Position numbers and translations under genes: made by a program. The notes under the pieces were generated by a model that did no database searches, had not been told where the DNA came from, and worked only from the letters and a program-made list of their open reading frames with translations. Below, one piece after another: positions 1-18,530 of a stretch of 64,000 nt of DNA. The stretch is from assembly GCF_009914755.1 (NCBI RefSeq), contig NC_060925.1; one strand, given 5' to 3'. Source of the DNA: the human T2T-CHM13v2.0 reference genome, Homo sapiens. The first letter of the stretch is position 1. Each line of letters starts with the position of its first letter.

Positions 1-648
1 GCAGAGGCGCTCCCCACATCTCAGACGATGGGCGGCCGGGCAGAGACGCTCCTCACTTCCTAGATGGGATGGCGGCTGGGAAGAGGCGCTCCTCACTTCC
101 TAGATGGGATGGCGGCTGGGCAGAGACGCTCCTCACTTTCCAGACTGGGCAGCCAGGCAGAGGGGCTCCTCACATCCCAGACGATGGGCAGCCAGGCAGA
201 GACGCTCCTCACTTCCCAGACGGGGTGGCGGCCGGGCAGAGGCTGCAATCTCGGCACTTTGGGAGGCCAAGGCAGGCAGCTGGGAGGTGGAGGTTGTAGC
301 GAGCCGAGATCACGCCACTGCACTCCAGCCTGGGCACCATTGAGCACTGAGTGAAGGAGACTCCGTCTGCAATCCCGGCACCTCGGGAGGCCGAGGCTGG
401 CGGATCACTCGCGGTTAGGAGCTGGAGACCAGCCCGGCCAACACAGCGAAACCCCGTCTCCACCCAAAAAATACGAAAACCAGTCAGGTGTGGCGGCGCG
501 CGCCTGCAATCGCAGGCACTAGGCAGGCTGAGGCAGGAGAATCAGGCAGGGAGGTTGCAGTGAGCCGAGATGGCAGCAGTACAGTCCAGCTTCGGCTCGG
601 CATCAGAGGGAGACCGCGGAAAGAGGGGAGAGAGGAGAGGGGAGAGGG
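1..648 (-). mobile_element. SVA retrotransposon, 5' part (VNTR 1-~240, Alu-like domain ~241-600, short hexamer ~605-648); cut by the window edge
   Basis: GC-rich ~40-50 bp VNTR units (gcagagacgctcctcacttcc...), SVA-specific Alu-like sequence (gggcaccattgagcactgagtg; cttcggctcggcatcagagggagacc), then an AGAGGG-like tract = (CCCTCT)n on minus. Confidence 0.95.
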
Positions 649-917
649 CTTTTGTCATTAATTTGGTTAGGTGGTTTCAGATATTTATATTTTGTTGTAG
701 AGACAGAGAAGCATATTTTTTGAAATGTTTGTCCAAATTCCGAGTGCCAGCCAAACTTTCACACTCCTGTCTATTATTCTAGGGAGTACTACTCTAAAGA
801 ATACAGTAGGTCCCCCTTATCTGCAGTTTCACTTTCTTTGGTTTCAGTTACCCATCGTCAACCGTGGTCTGAAGATATAAAATGAATAATATCAGAAATG
901 AAAACCATTCAGAAGTC

Positions 918-2007
<1,090 letters not shown>

Positions 2008-3588
2008 TAGGTGATCAGATCAACTGTCTGAGTATTTCAGTGCTTGTGTTCAAGTCACCCTTATTTTACTTAACAATGGCCCCAAAACAAAAGAGTAGTG
2101 ATGCTGGCAATTAGGATATGCTAAAGAGAAGCTGGAAAGTGCTTCCTTTCAGTGTAGAGGTGAAAGTTCTTGATTTGAGAAAAAAATCATATGCTGAAGT
2201 TGCTAAGAGCTACAATAAGAATGAATCTCCTATTGGTGACATTGTGAAGGAGGAAAAAAGAAATTCATGCTAGTTTTGCTGTCATACCTCAGACTGTAAA
2301 AGTTGTAGCCACAGTGTGTGGTAAGTGCTTAGTTAAGATGGAAAAGGCACTAAATTTGCAGGTGGAAGGAAGACATGAACAGGAACATGTTCCAGTCGAT
2401 AGCAATATATTGGGCCAGATTAACTTAATGTTAATTAAACTTTTTTTTTTTTTCTTTGAGACAGGGTCTTGATCTGTTGCCCAGGCTGGCTGCAGTGGTA
2501 CAATCTTGGCTCATTGCAGCCTCGACCTTCTGGGCTCAAGTGATCCCTCACCTCAGCCTCCCAAATAGCTGGGACTGCAGGCACACGCCACCACACTCGC
2601 CTAATTTTGTTCATTTTTTGTAGAGACAGGGTTTCATTATGTTGCCCAGACTGGTCTTAAACTCCTGGACTCAAGCAATCTTCTCGCCTCAGCCTCCTAA
2701 AGTGTTGGGATTACAGCCATGAGCCACCACACCTGGCAAATTAAATTTTATTGTAGGTTTGTATGTATAGGGAAATAGGGTTTGATACTATTCGTGGTTT
2801 CAGGCATCCACTGGGGGTATCGGAATGTATCCCCCAAGGGGAGGGCCACTGTAATTATCAAATTATAGTTGAGCAGGGCGTGGTGGCTCATGCCTGTAAT
2901 CCCAGCACTTTGGGAGACCGAGGCGGGTGGATCATGAGGTCAAGAGATCGAGACCATCCTGGCCAACATGGTGAAGCCCCGTCTCTACTAAAAATACAAA
3001 AATTAGCTGGGCATGGTGGCACGTACCTGTGGTCCCAGCTACTCAGGAGGCTGAGGCAGGAGAATCGCTTGAACCCGGGAGGTGGAGGTTGCAGTGAGCC
3101 GAGACTGCCACTGCACTCCAGCCTGGCAACAGAGCGAGACTCTGTCTCAAAAAAAAAAAAAAAAATAGAGCTGGATAAGCATTATATCAGAACTATTTTG
3201 TTTCTTTTTTTGACTTATGTGTACATTGGATAAGTGTCTTTTTGGTCAGGGCCTGTTTTATTTGTCCATAGGAAGATCTAGGGCATCACTATTTGTCAGA
3301 AAGAGGAAATACAGGCATGAAACCAATAGGACAAACTTTATTACTTTAAGGATTTTCCTTCTTAGTGTCTGTCAAGGGCTTATGACCAGGAAGAGTTGTC
3401 CAGTCTATGGAGCTGAATTGTATTAACTTTAGAGATTTTACAGCAACTTGAATTTTGTTTACAATCGGTTCTTATGTGTTTATCTTGATGTATAAAGTTG
3501 CAACATGTTTGACAGATTTAAGCATATACTTCTTTTTGAGCAGTCAGCAGATAATTATAGACTATTTGATTTCTTTCTTATTTTGTAG

Positions 3589-3720
<132 letters not shown>

Positions 3721-4853
3721 TAGGATGCTTCCTAAGAAAGGATCCATCCCTCGCTTCCTTCCTTCTTTTTCCTATCGAGGGATAGTATACATATTACAGA
3801 TTTCATAGCCTATATTAATCCTGAGTACTTGATGGATTTTTACATAGGTACACATCCATGTGACCACCATCCGAATAAAGAAAGGGGACATTGACAGCAA
3901 GCCAGCGAGCCTCTGTGTGCCCCTTTCCCATCTATACTATCCTCCTATTGGAGGTAACTACAATTCTGATTTTTTTTCTTTTTTTTTTTTTTTCAGACAA
4001 GGTCTCCCTCTGTCGCTCAGGCTGGAGTGCAGTGGTGCAATCACGGGTCACTGCAGCCTGGACCTCTGTGGCTCAAGAATTCTGATTCTATTATCATCAG
4101 TTTTGCCTGTTCTTGTACATACAGTGTGTGCTCTTGTGTGTGGTTCCTTTTGTTCAACATTCTATGTTTTTGAGCTGCATCCATGTTGTTGAGCATACAA
4201 ACAGCTGTTTTGACGTTGTTGTCATTGTGTTGTATTCCATTGTATGACTATGCTACCGTTTATCTGTCTGTTGATGAATTTGAGCTGTTTCCAATCATTG
4301 CCTATTAACAAATAAAGTGGCTAGTAACATTCCTGTACATATCTATTTGTGCAGCCATTCTCTTGGGTACATACTTAGGGTTAGAATTGTTAGGTGAGAA
4401 GGTAGGCACATATTAAGTGTTAGAAAAGTCTGCTAACACATTCCCAGAGGTTGTACAATTTTAGACTCCTACTGGCAAGATCTGATGTTCCAGTTGCACC
4501 AGGGCCTTGTGAACCCTTGCCACTGTCTGTCTTTTAAATGTAGCCATTCTGAGGAGTGTGTTTTGGTATTTCCTTGTGGTTTCAATTAGTATTTCATGGC
4601 TACTTGATTTTGTGGGTCTACTCTACCCAGGCTTTTCACTTTTTGTCTGAAAAGCCTTATATTCTGTGTAATGAAATACACCAGTGTTTAAAATTGTTTC
4701 TGAGATGACTGGACAGCTTTTACCCATTTGCTTACTTCCGGTCTTGGCATCACTATTCTCATGGCATTAAGAATGCTTGTGTGTGTGTGAGGCTGGGCGT
4801 GGTGGTTCATGGCTGTAATCCCAGCACTTCGGGAGGCCGAGGTGGGTGGATCA

Positions 4854-5255
<402 letters not shown>

Positions 5256-5765
5256 TCACTGCAGCCTCAACCTCCCAGGCTCAAGCAATCCTCCCACCTC
5301 AGCCCCGTGAGTAGCTGGGACTACAGGAATGTTTGCCACCATGCCTGGCTAATTTTTTATATTTTTAGTAGAGTTGGGGTTTTGCCATGTTGGCCAGGCT
5401 GGTCTCAAACTCCTGGCCTCAAGTGATCCACCCAGCTCAGCCTCCCTAAGTTTTGGGATTACAGGTGTGAGCCACCGTGCCTGGCCTTAGTCCCTCTTTA
5501 ATAAGAACATTAACCCCACTCATGAGGCTCTGCCCCAGTGACCTAATCACCTCCCAAAGGCCCCACCTCCTAATACCATCACCTTGGGGGAGAGAATTTC
5601 AACATAAGAATTTTTGGGGGATACAAACATTAGGCCATAGAAGGTGGCTATTGGCATAGGATGGTAGGTACTTCATGCACGCAACAGGGGGTATAAATTT
5701 GTGTAGTTTTTCCTGGAGGGGATTTTAGCAGTCTCTATAAAAAATTCTAAAGTGGGCTGAGCTCA

Positions 5766-6068
<303 letters not shown>

Positions 6069-6398
6069 TCAGTACAGCAGTCCACTTCTAGTTATTATTC
6101 CACAGAAATACTTTATCCTATGGAAATATTCTATTCCTTGAAAATATTCCATGTGAGCCCAAAGGTATTTAAGTAAAGTTCATATACAATGTCCATCATT
6201 GTTTGTAATGAAGAAAAATAGAAGCCAGGCACAGTGGCTCACACTTGTAATCCCAGCACTCTGGGAGGCCCAGGCAGGTGGATCACCTGAGGTCAGGGGT
6301 TCAAGACCAGCCTGGCCAATATGGCGAAACTCCGTCTCTATTAAAAATACAAAAATTAGCCGGGCGTGTTGGTGGGCGCCTGTAATCCCAGCTACTCA

Positions 6399-6563
<165 letters not shown>

Positions 6564-6874
6564 TTATTTGGTATGTGGTATTATGTTATTTTTAGAGACA
6601 GGTCTTGCTCTGTTGCCCAGGCTGGAGTGCAGTGGTGTGATCACTGCAGCCTCGCACTTCTGGGCTCAAACGATCCTCCCACCTCAGCCTCCCAAGTAAC
6701 TGGGATTACAAGTGTGAGACAATGTGCCTGGCAGCACATGGTATTAAATACTGTACCTCAGTCAACAAGGATGATGAATGGTCATTAAAAATCTTCAATA
6801 CTTACTAAGTTCAAAATGCAAGTAGAAGAATAATAGGCATAACACAATTCCATTTATATAAAAATAATGCACAC

Positions 6875-8790
<1,916 letters not shown>

Positions 8791-8839
8791 GGAAAATATG
8801 AAAAATGTACACATGGGTTTGTTTATTTATTTATTTTGA

Positions 8840-9001
<162 letters not shown>

Positions 9002-9302
9002 TAGTAGAGACAAGGTTTCACCATGTTGGCCAGGCTAGTCTCGAACTCCTGGCCTCAAGTGATTCCCCCCGCCTCAGCCTCCCAAAGTGCTGGGATTACA
9101 GGCATGAGCCACTGCACCAAGCCACATAGGTTTATTTTTATATATACATATACATGTCTATAAATGTATAAAAAAAGGACTAGAAGGATACACTCCAAAC
9201 TGTTAATAGTTGTCACTTCTGGGAGGGGGTTAGTGAGTGTCTGGAACACACTGGGGGATGGAAGGAAGACCTTTTGCTTTTTTTTTTTTTTTTTTTTTTT
9301 GA

Positions 9303-9830
<528 letters not shown>

Positions 9831-11827
9831 TGATCCGCCCACCTCAGCCTCCCAAAGTGCTGGGATTATAGGCAAGAGCCACCACACCCAGCTCCGCCTT
9901 TTGCTTTTCAAGATATTTCTGTACTATTTGAATTTTTACAGCAAGAGCATAGTGACTGGGAAGGAAAGGTTGAGCAGCAATCCTGAAACCTATTTCTTCT
10001 CTTTACCAAGGATCCTTGGGGGAAGAAAGGGATCCCCACTCACATCCCCTTGTAAACACTCCAGTAACCAGAGCTTCTGGTAAGCAAACTAATGGTATTT
10101 ACTAGCAGAAAGATAATGGTAAGTCTTTATCTGTGTAATGCATTTATCAATATATACGTTGTCTGCCTAGGGTGTTTACCAGAAGTAAAATTGGAATTTG
10201 TGGATTTATGGAGCATAGCGTGCTGGAAAATGTCACATAAGCTGTGTAATTAATGGGGTGTAAAATGAAGATGCTCTGTAATCAATATGGCTCCTTCGTG
10301 TAAGTGGTGGCATGTACAATTGCTTAGACTCACACATTAAATACAAGTGCAAACATATTCTATGCAGTAGAGGAATGCTCTCTGTGGGGAGGTGTTGATG
10401 GTGTTGAACTTCAAGGGAGGGATGTTTTGCCTGTGCCTTGGGATCGTCTGTATCCTTTGAATTAGTAGAGTTTGGTACTGTGAGATCTATGATTCATGTG
10501 ATTTGACTTGACAAATTGGGAGACATAGATTGGGTAACATCAGCACATAAATGCATCTTACAGCTGTGGAATTTGAGAGATATAGTCAGAGGAAGGGTGA
10601 GAGAGGTCATAGATACAAAACAGAAGAGCAGGCTGGGCATGGTGGCTCACACCTCAGCACTTTGGGAGGCCGAGGTGGGCAGATCACCTGAGGTCAGGAG
10701 TTCGAGACCAGCCTGGCCAACATGGTGAAACCCTGCCTCTACTGAAAATACAAAAATTAGCCAGGCATGGTGGTGGGTGCCTGTAATCCCAGCTACTCGG
10801 GAGGCTGGAGGCAGGGAGAATTGCTTGAACCCAAGAGGTAGAGGTTACAGTGAGCTGAGTTCATGCCACTGCACTCCAGCCTGGGTGATAGAGCAAGACT
10901 CCATCTCAAAAACAAAACAAAAAATTTAAAGAAAACAGAAGTGCTTGGACTATTGCAGTAGCTTCATAACCAGTCTCCCAGCTTCCCTTCTTGACCGCTC
11001 CATAACCCAGTCTCCACACAGCATGACACCCCTGTTTGGAACTTTCCAGTGGCTTGCCATCACAGTTAGAATAAAATACAAAGTGCTTATCATGGCCCAC
11101 AAGGCCCTACACAAATGGGCTCCTGGGACCTCTTCAGCTCAACTCCTAGTACTCCCTTCCTTGTTAACCAATGTTCATGCTATGCTGGGCTCTTTCAACT
11201 GCCTGAGAGCCCCTTTCTGGCTGTTTTCTCTCCCTGCAGTATCTTTCCCTTGGGGCATTCTCTGCATGGCTGGCCCTCTCTCAGGTTTCAAGTCTCAGTT
11301 CCAATGTCACCTTCTTAAGGGATTTGCCTTGGTAATGCAATCTAAAGCAGCTCTACCCTCCCTCAGTCTCTATTGCCTTACCTCATCACCATCATTTTAT
11401 TTGCTTTAGAGCACTATCTGAAATTATTGTGCTTTCTTGTTTATTTTTTTTTGAGACAGGGTCTTGCTCTGTCATTGAGGCTGCAGTGCAGTGGCACAAT
11501 CATGGCTCACAGCCAGCAAGGAAGAGAGTACTAGGAGTTGAGCTTAAGAGGTCTCAGGAGCCCATTTGTGTAGGGCCTTGTGGGCCATGATAAACACTTT
11601 GTATTTTATTCAAAATGTGATGGCAAGCCACTGGAAAGTTCCAAACAGTGATGTCATGCTATGTGGAGACTGGGTTATGGAGAGGTCAAGAAGGGAAGCC
11701 TCGACTCCCAGAGCTCAAGTGATCCTCCTAGCTCAGCCTCCTGAGTAGCTGGGACTACAGGTGTGTGCCACCGTGCCCAGCTAATTTTTAATTTTTTGTA
11801 GAGACAAAATCTTGCCATGCTGCTTAG

Positions 11828-12187
<360 letters not shown>

Positions 12188-12836
12188 TAACTCCTGACCT
12201 CAGGTGATCCACCCACCTCGGCCCCCCAAAGTGCTGGGATTACAGGTGTGAGCCACCACGCCCGGCCCATTTTAACTATTTTTAAGTGTACAGTTCAGTG
12301 GCATTAAGTACATTCATAATGTTGTGTCATCATCACCACTATTTCCAGAACTTTTTTTTATCATCCCAAACAGAAACTCTATGCCCGTTAGACAGTAACT
12401 TCCTATTCCTTCCTCCCCTCAGCCTCTGGTAACCTCTATTCTACTTTTTGTCAATGAATTTTCCTGTTCTAGGTACCTCATATAGGTGCAATGATACAAT
12501 CTTTGCCCTTTTGTGTCTGGCTTTCAGGGTTCATCCATGTTGGAGGATGTGTCAACATTTCACTCCTTTTAAAGGTTTTCAAGATTCATCCATGTTGTAG
12601 CATGTGTCAGCAGCTCATCCCTTTTAAAGGCTGAGTAATATTCCTTTTTTTTTTTTTTTTTTTAGACGAAGTTTTGCTCTTGTTGCCCAGGCTGGAGTGC
12701 AGTGGCGCGATATCTTGGCTCACTGCAACCTCTGCCTCCAGGGTTCAAGCGATTCTCCTACCTCAGCCTCCTGAGTAACTGGGATTACAGGCATCCGCCA
12801 CCAAGCCTGGTGGCTTGGTTTTTTTTTTTTTTTTGA

Positions 12837-12941
<105 letters not shown>

Positions 12942-13189
12942 TGAGTAGCTGGGATTATAGGCATGGGCCACCACGCCTGGCTAATTTTGTATTTTTAGTA
13001 GAGACAGGTTTTTTCCATGCCTGTAATTGCCACCACGCCCAGCTAATTTTTTTTTTTGTCTTTTTAGTAGAGACGGGGTTTCTCCATGTTAGTCAGGCTG
13101 GTCTCGAACTTCTAACCTCAGGTGATCCACCCGCCTCAGCCTCCCAAAGTGCTGAGATTACAGGCATGAGCCACTGTGCCTGGCCTTAA

Positions 13190-13396
<207 letters not shown>

Positions 13397-15705
13397 TAAT
13401 TTTTTTTTTTTTTTTTGAGACAGGGTGTCCCTCTGTCACCCAGGCTGGAGTGCAGGGGCATGATCACAGCTCACTGAGGCCTCGAACTTCTGGGCTCAAA
13501 TGATCCTCCTGTCTTAGCCTCCTGATTACTAGAACTACAGGCACGTGCCACTGTGCCCAGCTATTTTTATTTTTGTAGAGACAGGGATCTCACTGTGTTG
13601 CCAGGGCTGATCTCAAACTCCTAGGCTTAAGCAATCCTCCCTCCTTGGCCTTCCAAAGTACTGAGATTACAGGCGTGAGCCACTGTGCCCAGCTGAATTT
13701 TCTAGTAGCCATATTAAAACAATAAAAAGAGGCCCTGCAAATCACTGGCAAGCTACTTAACCTTCTTGATCTTCCACTCCCTCTTGGGTAAGATATCCAC
13801 CAAAGGGCAATTGTAAAGGTCAGATGAGGTAGCATATAGGAAAGATACACATGAAAATGATTTGCTAGTGCAACATCTGATAGTCAAAGTGTTATTTTTA
13901 TTTTTCTGGAAATAAACAAATGATTTGAAAAAGTATCATGTGGTGAGCACCAGATGGATAATGAGACAAGTTTATTAAACATCTTAAACTGTGCAGTCAG
14001 TGACAAAAGCAAGTGGGAAGCAACTAAAGATGTTAGAGCTGGGAAAGCCGCCTCATCTGGTCAAAGTCAGGAGGAGCAAATCCCTCTGAGCCACCAGCCC
14101 GTTTGCCCACTTGGCTCGACCCCAGCTGACAGCCCGTGCAGGAGTTATTGCTGCTTGGGAGACTTGAGATTTTGGCCAGTAGCATTCTTTTGTAATCTTC
14201 TATGTGACTGTATCCGCCCACATTTCTGACTCAGAATGAACAGGGAAAGGCGCTGCTGGCAGCTGAATTACCTCAAAACCCAGCTCCAGCCAACCCTTTG
14301 AATAGTGATGAGAGCAATGTGCTCCTCCACACATCACCTAAATAGGGAGGCCCATTTGTTATCACCACTTGGCAGATGAAAGTATTGTTTCACAGCGGTT
14401 AAGTGATTAGGCCTGGATAAGCAAGCAGAATTTCGAACCCAAGTAGCCTGACCCTGGGCCTTGTGCTGTTAGCCCTGAGGCTGCTTTAGGGACCAGAGAT
14501 TACGTTATTAGGCAAATATTAAATAAACTCAGTGCATTTAGTTGCCTTCCCACCCTCAGAAAGCAACCTGGACTCAACCACTTTATTACTGATTTATTTA
14601 TATCACTCTATTTTGCAGATGAAAAGCATCATTGAGTATCTCTCCCTCTCTCTTTTTTTTTGAGACAGGATTTTGCTCTGTCGCCCAGGCTGGAGTGCAG
14701 TGGTGCAATCATGGCTCACTGCAGCCTCGACCCCCTGAGCTCAAGCAATCCTCCTTCCTCAGCCTCTCAAGTAGCTTCAGTGATTCTATTTTTAGTACTT
14801 TTAGTGGTCACCCCACACCTCTAAAGGAAGGTTTGGGCCAAGCATGGTGGCTCATGCCTGTAATCCCATCCTTTGAAAATAAACTCACCCTCATAGCTCA
14901 GTAATTTGTTGCTGCTGAGATGATTGAAAAGAATGGACCTTGAGTTCGAACTGTTCAGTTGTGGTTGTCACTTAAGGTCCAGCTTGCTGGGCTTCTCTGG
15001 AGTGCTGAGGCAAGGGGTGCCCCGCCCTATCCAAAATCTGTGTTATGAGTCAGAAGGCAGAGACGCCAAAAGTCCATGGGGCAATTCCCAGGAGGAGGGC
15101 CTGCTCTGAGTGACATGTCCTCTTGGTTCTGTGGACTCCTCACCTGGAGGGGGCATCTGAAGACAGAATCCAGGACAGTAAGTCCCAATGAGGAGTTCCA
15201 TTCATGGTGTGGCAAGTAAGCTCCAACTGGACTGATCTCCGGGCAGATTTCAACTGTTAACTCCGGGGGAAAAAAAAAAGCACTGGAGATTAAAAAAAAA
15301 AGCAGGCAGATTCTGAAGAGGAGTCGACACTTGGAAGAAGGAAATGGCACAGGATGAATTTCTCCTGTTTTTAATTTAAATTTTTTTCTTTTCTATTTTA
15401 AAAATATTTATTTATTTACTTAAAAAAATTAAGGTGCGGTCTCACTATGTTGGCTGGGCTGGTCTCAAACTCCTGGGCTCAAGTGATCTGCCTGCTCAGC
15501 CTCCCAAGGTGCTGGGATTACAGGTGTGAGCCACTGTGCTTGGCCTGTCTTTTGACTTTTAAAACCTATCCTGAACATTTTTCCATGCTGCTGCTTTTTT
15601 TCTTCCCCCTCTCTGTCGCCTAGGGTGGAGTGTAATGACATAATCTCGGCTCACTGCAAACTCCACCTCCTGGGTTCAAGCAATTCTCCTGCCTCAGCCT
15701 TCTGA

Positions 15706-16113
<408 letters not shown>

Positions 16114-17130
16114 TAGAGACAGGGTCTCACTATGTTGCCCAGGCTGGTCTTGAACTCCTGGGCTCATCTTCCAGAGTTGCTGGGATTACAAGTGTGAGCC
16201 ACTTTGCCCATCCATGCAATATCATTGTTGGTGACTGTGTATCAGTCACAATATGACTAGATCGTAATTGATTATTAAGTGTGTTAGCCTTATATTTTAC
16301 ACATGAATCACAAGCATTTTTCTCAGTTGGTTTCCGCTTTATAACTTTATGGTGAGCCTGTCCTTTCATTAGTTGGCTGTGGTCCAGTAAAAACCAACCA
16401 CCATCTCTCTGGGTAAACATCTGATAAATGGTGTTTCTCATGTGGGCAGGGTCCATGTCTTTTTTGTTTATCACTGTATTGCCAGTGCCTAGCATAGCAC
16501 CTGGAGTGAAAGAACTACTCACAAAATTTGTGTGCGGGTCCGGTGGCTCATGCCTATAACTCCAGCATTTGTGAGGCCGAGGCAGATGGATCGCTTGAGC
16601 CCAGGAGTCTGAGACCAGCCTGGACAACGTGGCAAAACCCCAAGTCTACAAAAAAATACAAAAATTAAGCTGGGCGTGGTGGTGCACAACATGTAGTCCC
16701 AGCTTCCCAGGAGGCTGAGGTGGGAGGATTGCCTGAGTCTGGGGAGGTCGTAGCTGCAGTGAACTGAGATTGCACCACTGCACTCCAGCCTGGGCAACAG
16801 AGTGAGACCCAGTCTCAAAAAATAAATAAACAGGCCAGGTGTGGTGGCTCATGCCTGTAATCCCAACACTTTGGGAGGTGGAGGCAGGTGGATCACCTGT
16901 GGTTAGGAGTTTGAGACCAGTCTGGCCAACATGGTGAAAACCCATCTCTACTAAAAAAAAAAAAAAAATACAAAAATTAGCCGGGCATGGTGGTGGGCAC
17001 CTGTAATCCCAGCTAATCAGGAGGCTGAGGCAGAAGAATCACTTGAATGGGGGAGGTGGATGTTGTAGTGATCCGAGATATCACTTCATTGCACTCCAAC
17101 CTGGGCAACAAGAGCAAAACTCTGTCTCAA

Positions 17131-17138
<8 letters not shown>

Positions 17139-17196
<58 letters not shown>

Positions 17197-17266
17197 TATA
17201 TATATACATATGTATACACACATATATACACATATATATACACATATATATACGCATATATATATA
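17139..17266. repeat. Compound (TA)n(CA)n microsatellite in an Alu tail
   Basis: Direct reading. Confidence 0.9.
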
Positions 17267-17707
17267 AAATAAATAAAATTTGTGTTGACTAACACAAATT
17301 GATCATGTTTGATTGACTAACTTGTGACCTGTGTTTAAGGCGAAGACTCAGGTTACCATCACTGGTTGCTGGCCTCTGTTAGTCTGTTGAATAGCTTTTA
17401 ATTTAGTAATTCATGCCCTTTGACCTAGTAATTCCCCTTCTAGAGTCTATCCGAAAGAATTTTTCAGAGATGCACGCAAAGATTTATGTATAAGGATGAT
17501 CATTCCAGTTTTAAGAGTGAAAAATTCTAAATAATTTCTAGCAATATGAAAATAATACGTAATTACAACATAAACATTAATATGGGGTTTTTGAATGTTT
17601 TGATGATGTGAGGAAGTTCTTATGATGTCATGGCATATACAAAACCAGAATGTAAAATTGTTCGTAGGATTTCTCAACTCTGTTAAACTTAGCATGAAAT
17701 ACACCTA

Positions 17708-17938
<231 letters not shown>

Positions 17939-17977
17939 TTAGCCGGGCGTGGTGGCGGATGCTTGTAATCCCAGCTA

Positions 17978-18085
<108 letters not shown>

Positions 18086-18217
18086 TCAAAAAAAGAAAGG
18101 TTTTATCTCATATGTAGCCTGTAGTCTGGAGGTGGTGGTTGAGGGTCTGATGGCAGCAGTGTGGAGATGTCAGGGCCGGATCTCTGCGATTCTCTTTTGT
18201 TTTTTTTTTTTTTCTGA

Positions 18218-18325
<108 letters not shown>

Positions 18326-18437
18326 TAGCTAGGATTACAGGTGTGTGCCATCATGCTCAGCTAATTTTTGTATTTTTAGTAGAGACGGGGTTTCATCATG
18401 TTGGCTAGGCTGGTCTTGAACTCCTGACCTCCAGTGA

Positions 18438-18530
<93 letters not shown>

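Noticed and set aside
2076-2400. Tigger transposase N-terminus
   Set aside because: Early stop codon and internal deletion; a fossil, not a domesticated gene.
10085-10420. Non-repetitive island with TAATTAAT (similar islands at 13900-14300 with TGACTCA and 19400-19620 with TTGCGCAAT)
   Set aside because: These may be enhancers, but that cannot be supported without conservation or chromatin data.
14786-14795. Perfect MEF2 motif CTATTTTTAG (also CTATTTTTAA at 12276)
   Set aside because: AT-rich 10-mers in or beside repeats are expected by chance; no supporting motif cluster.
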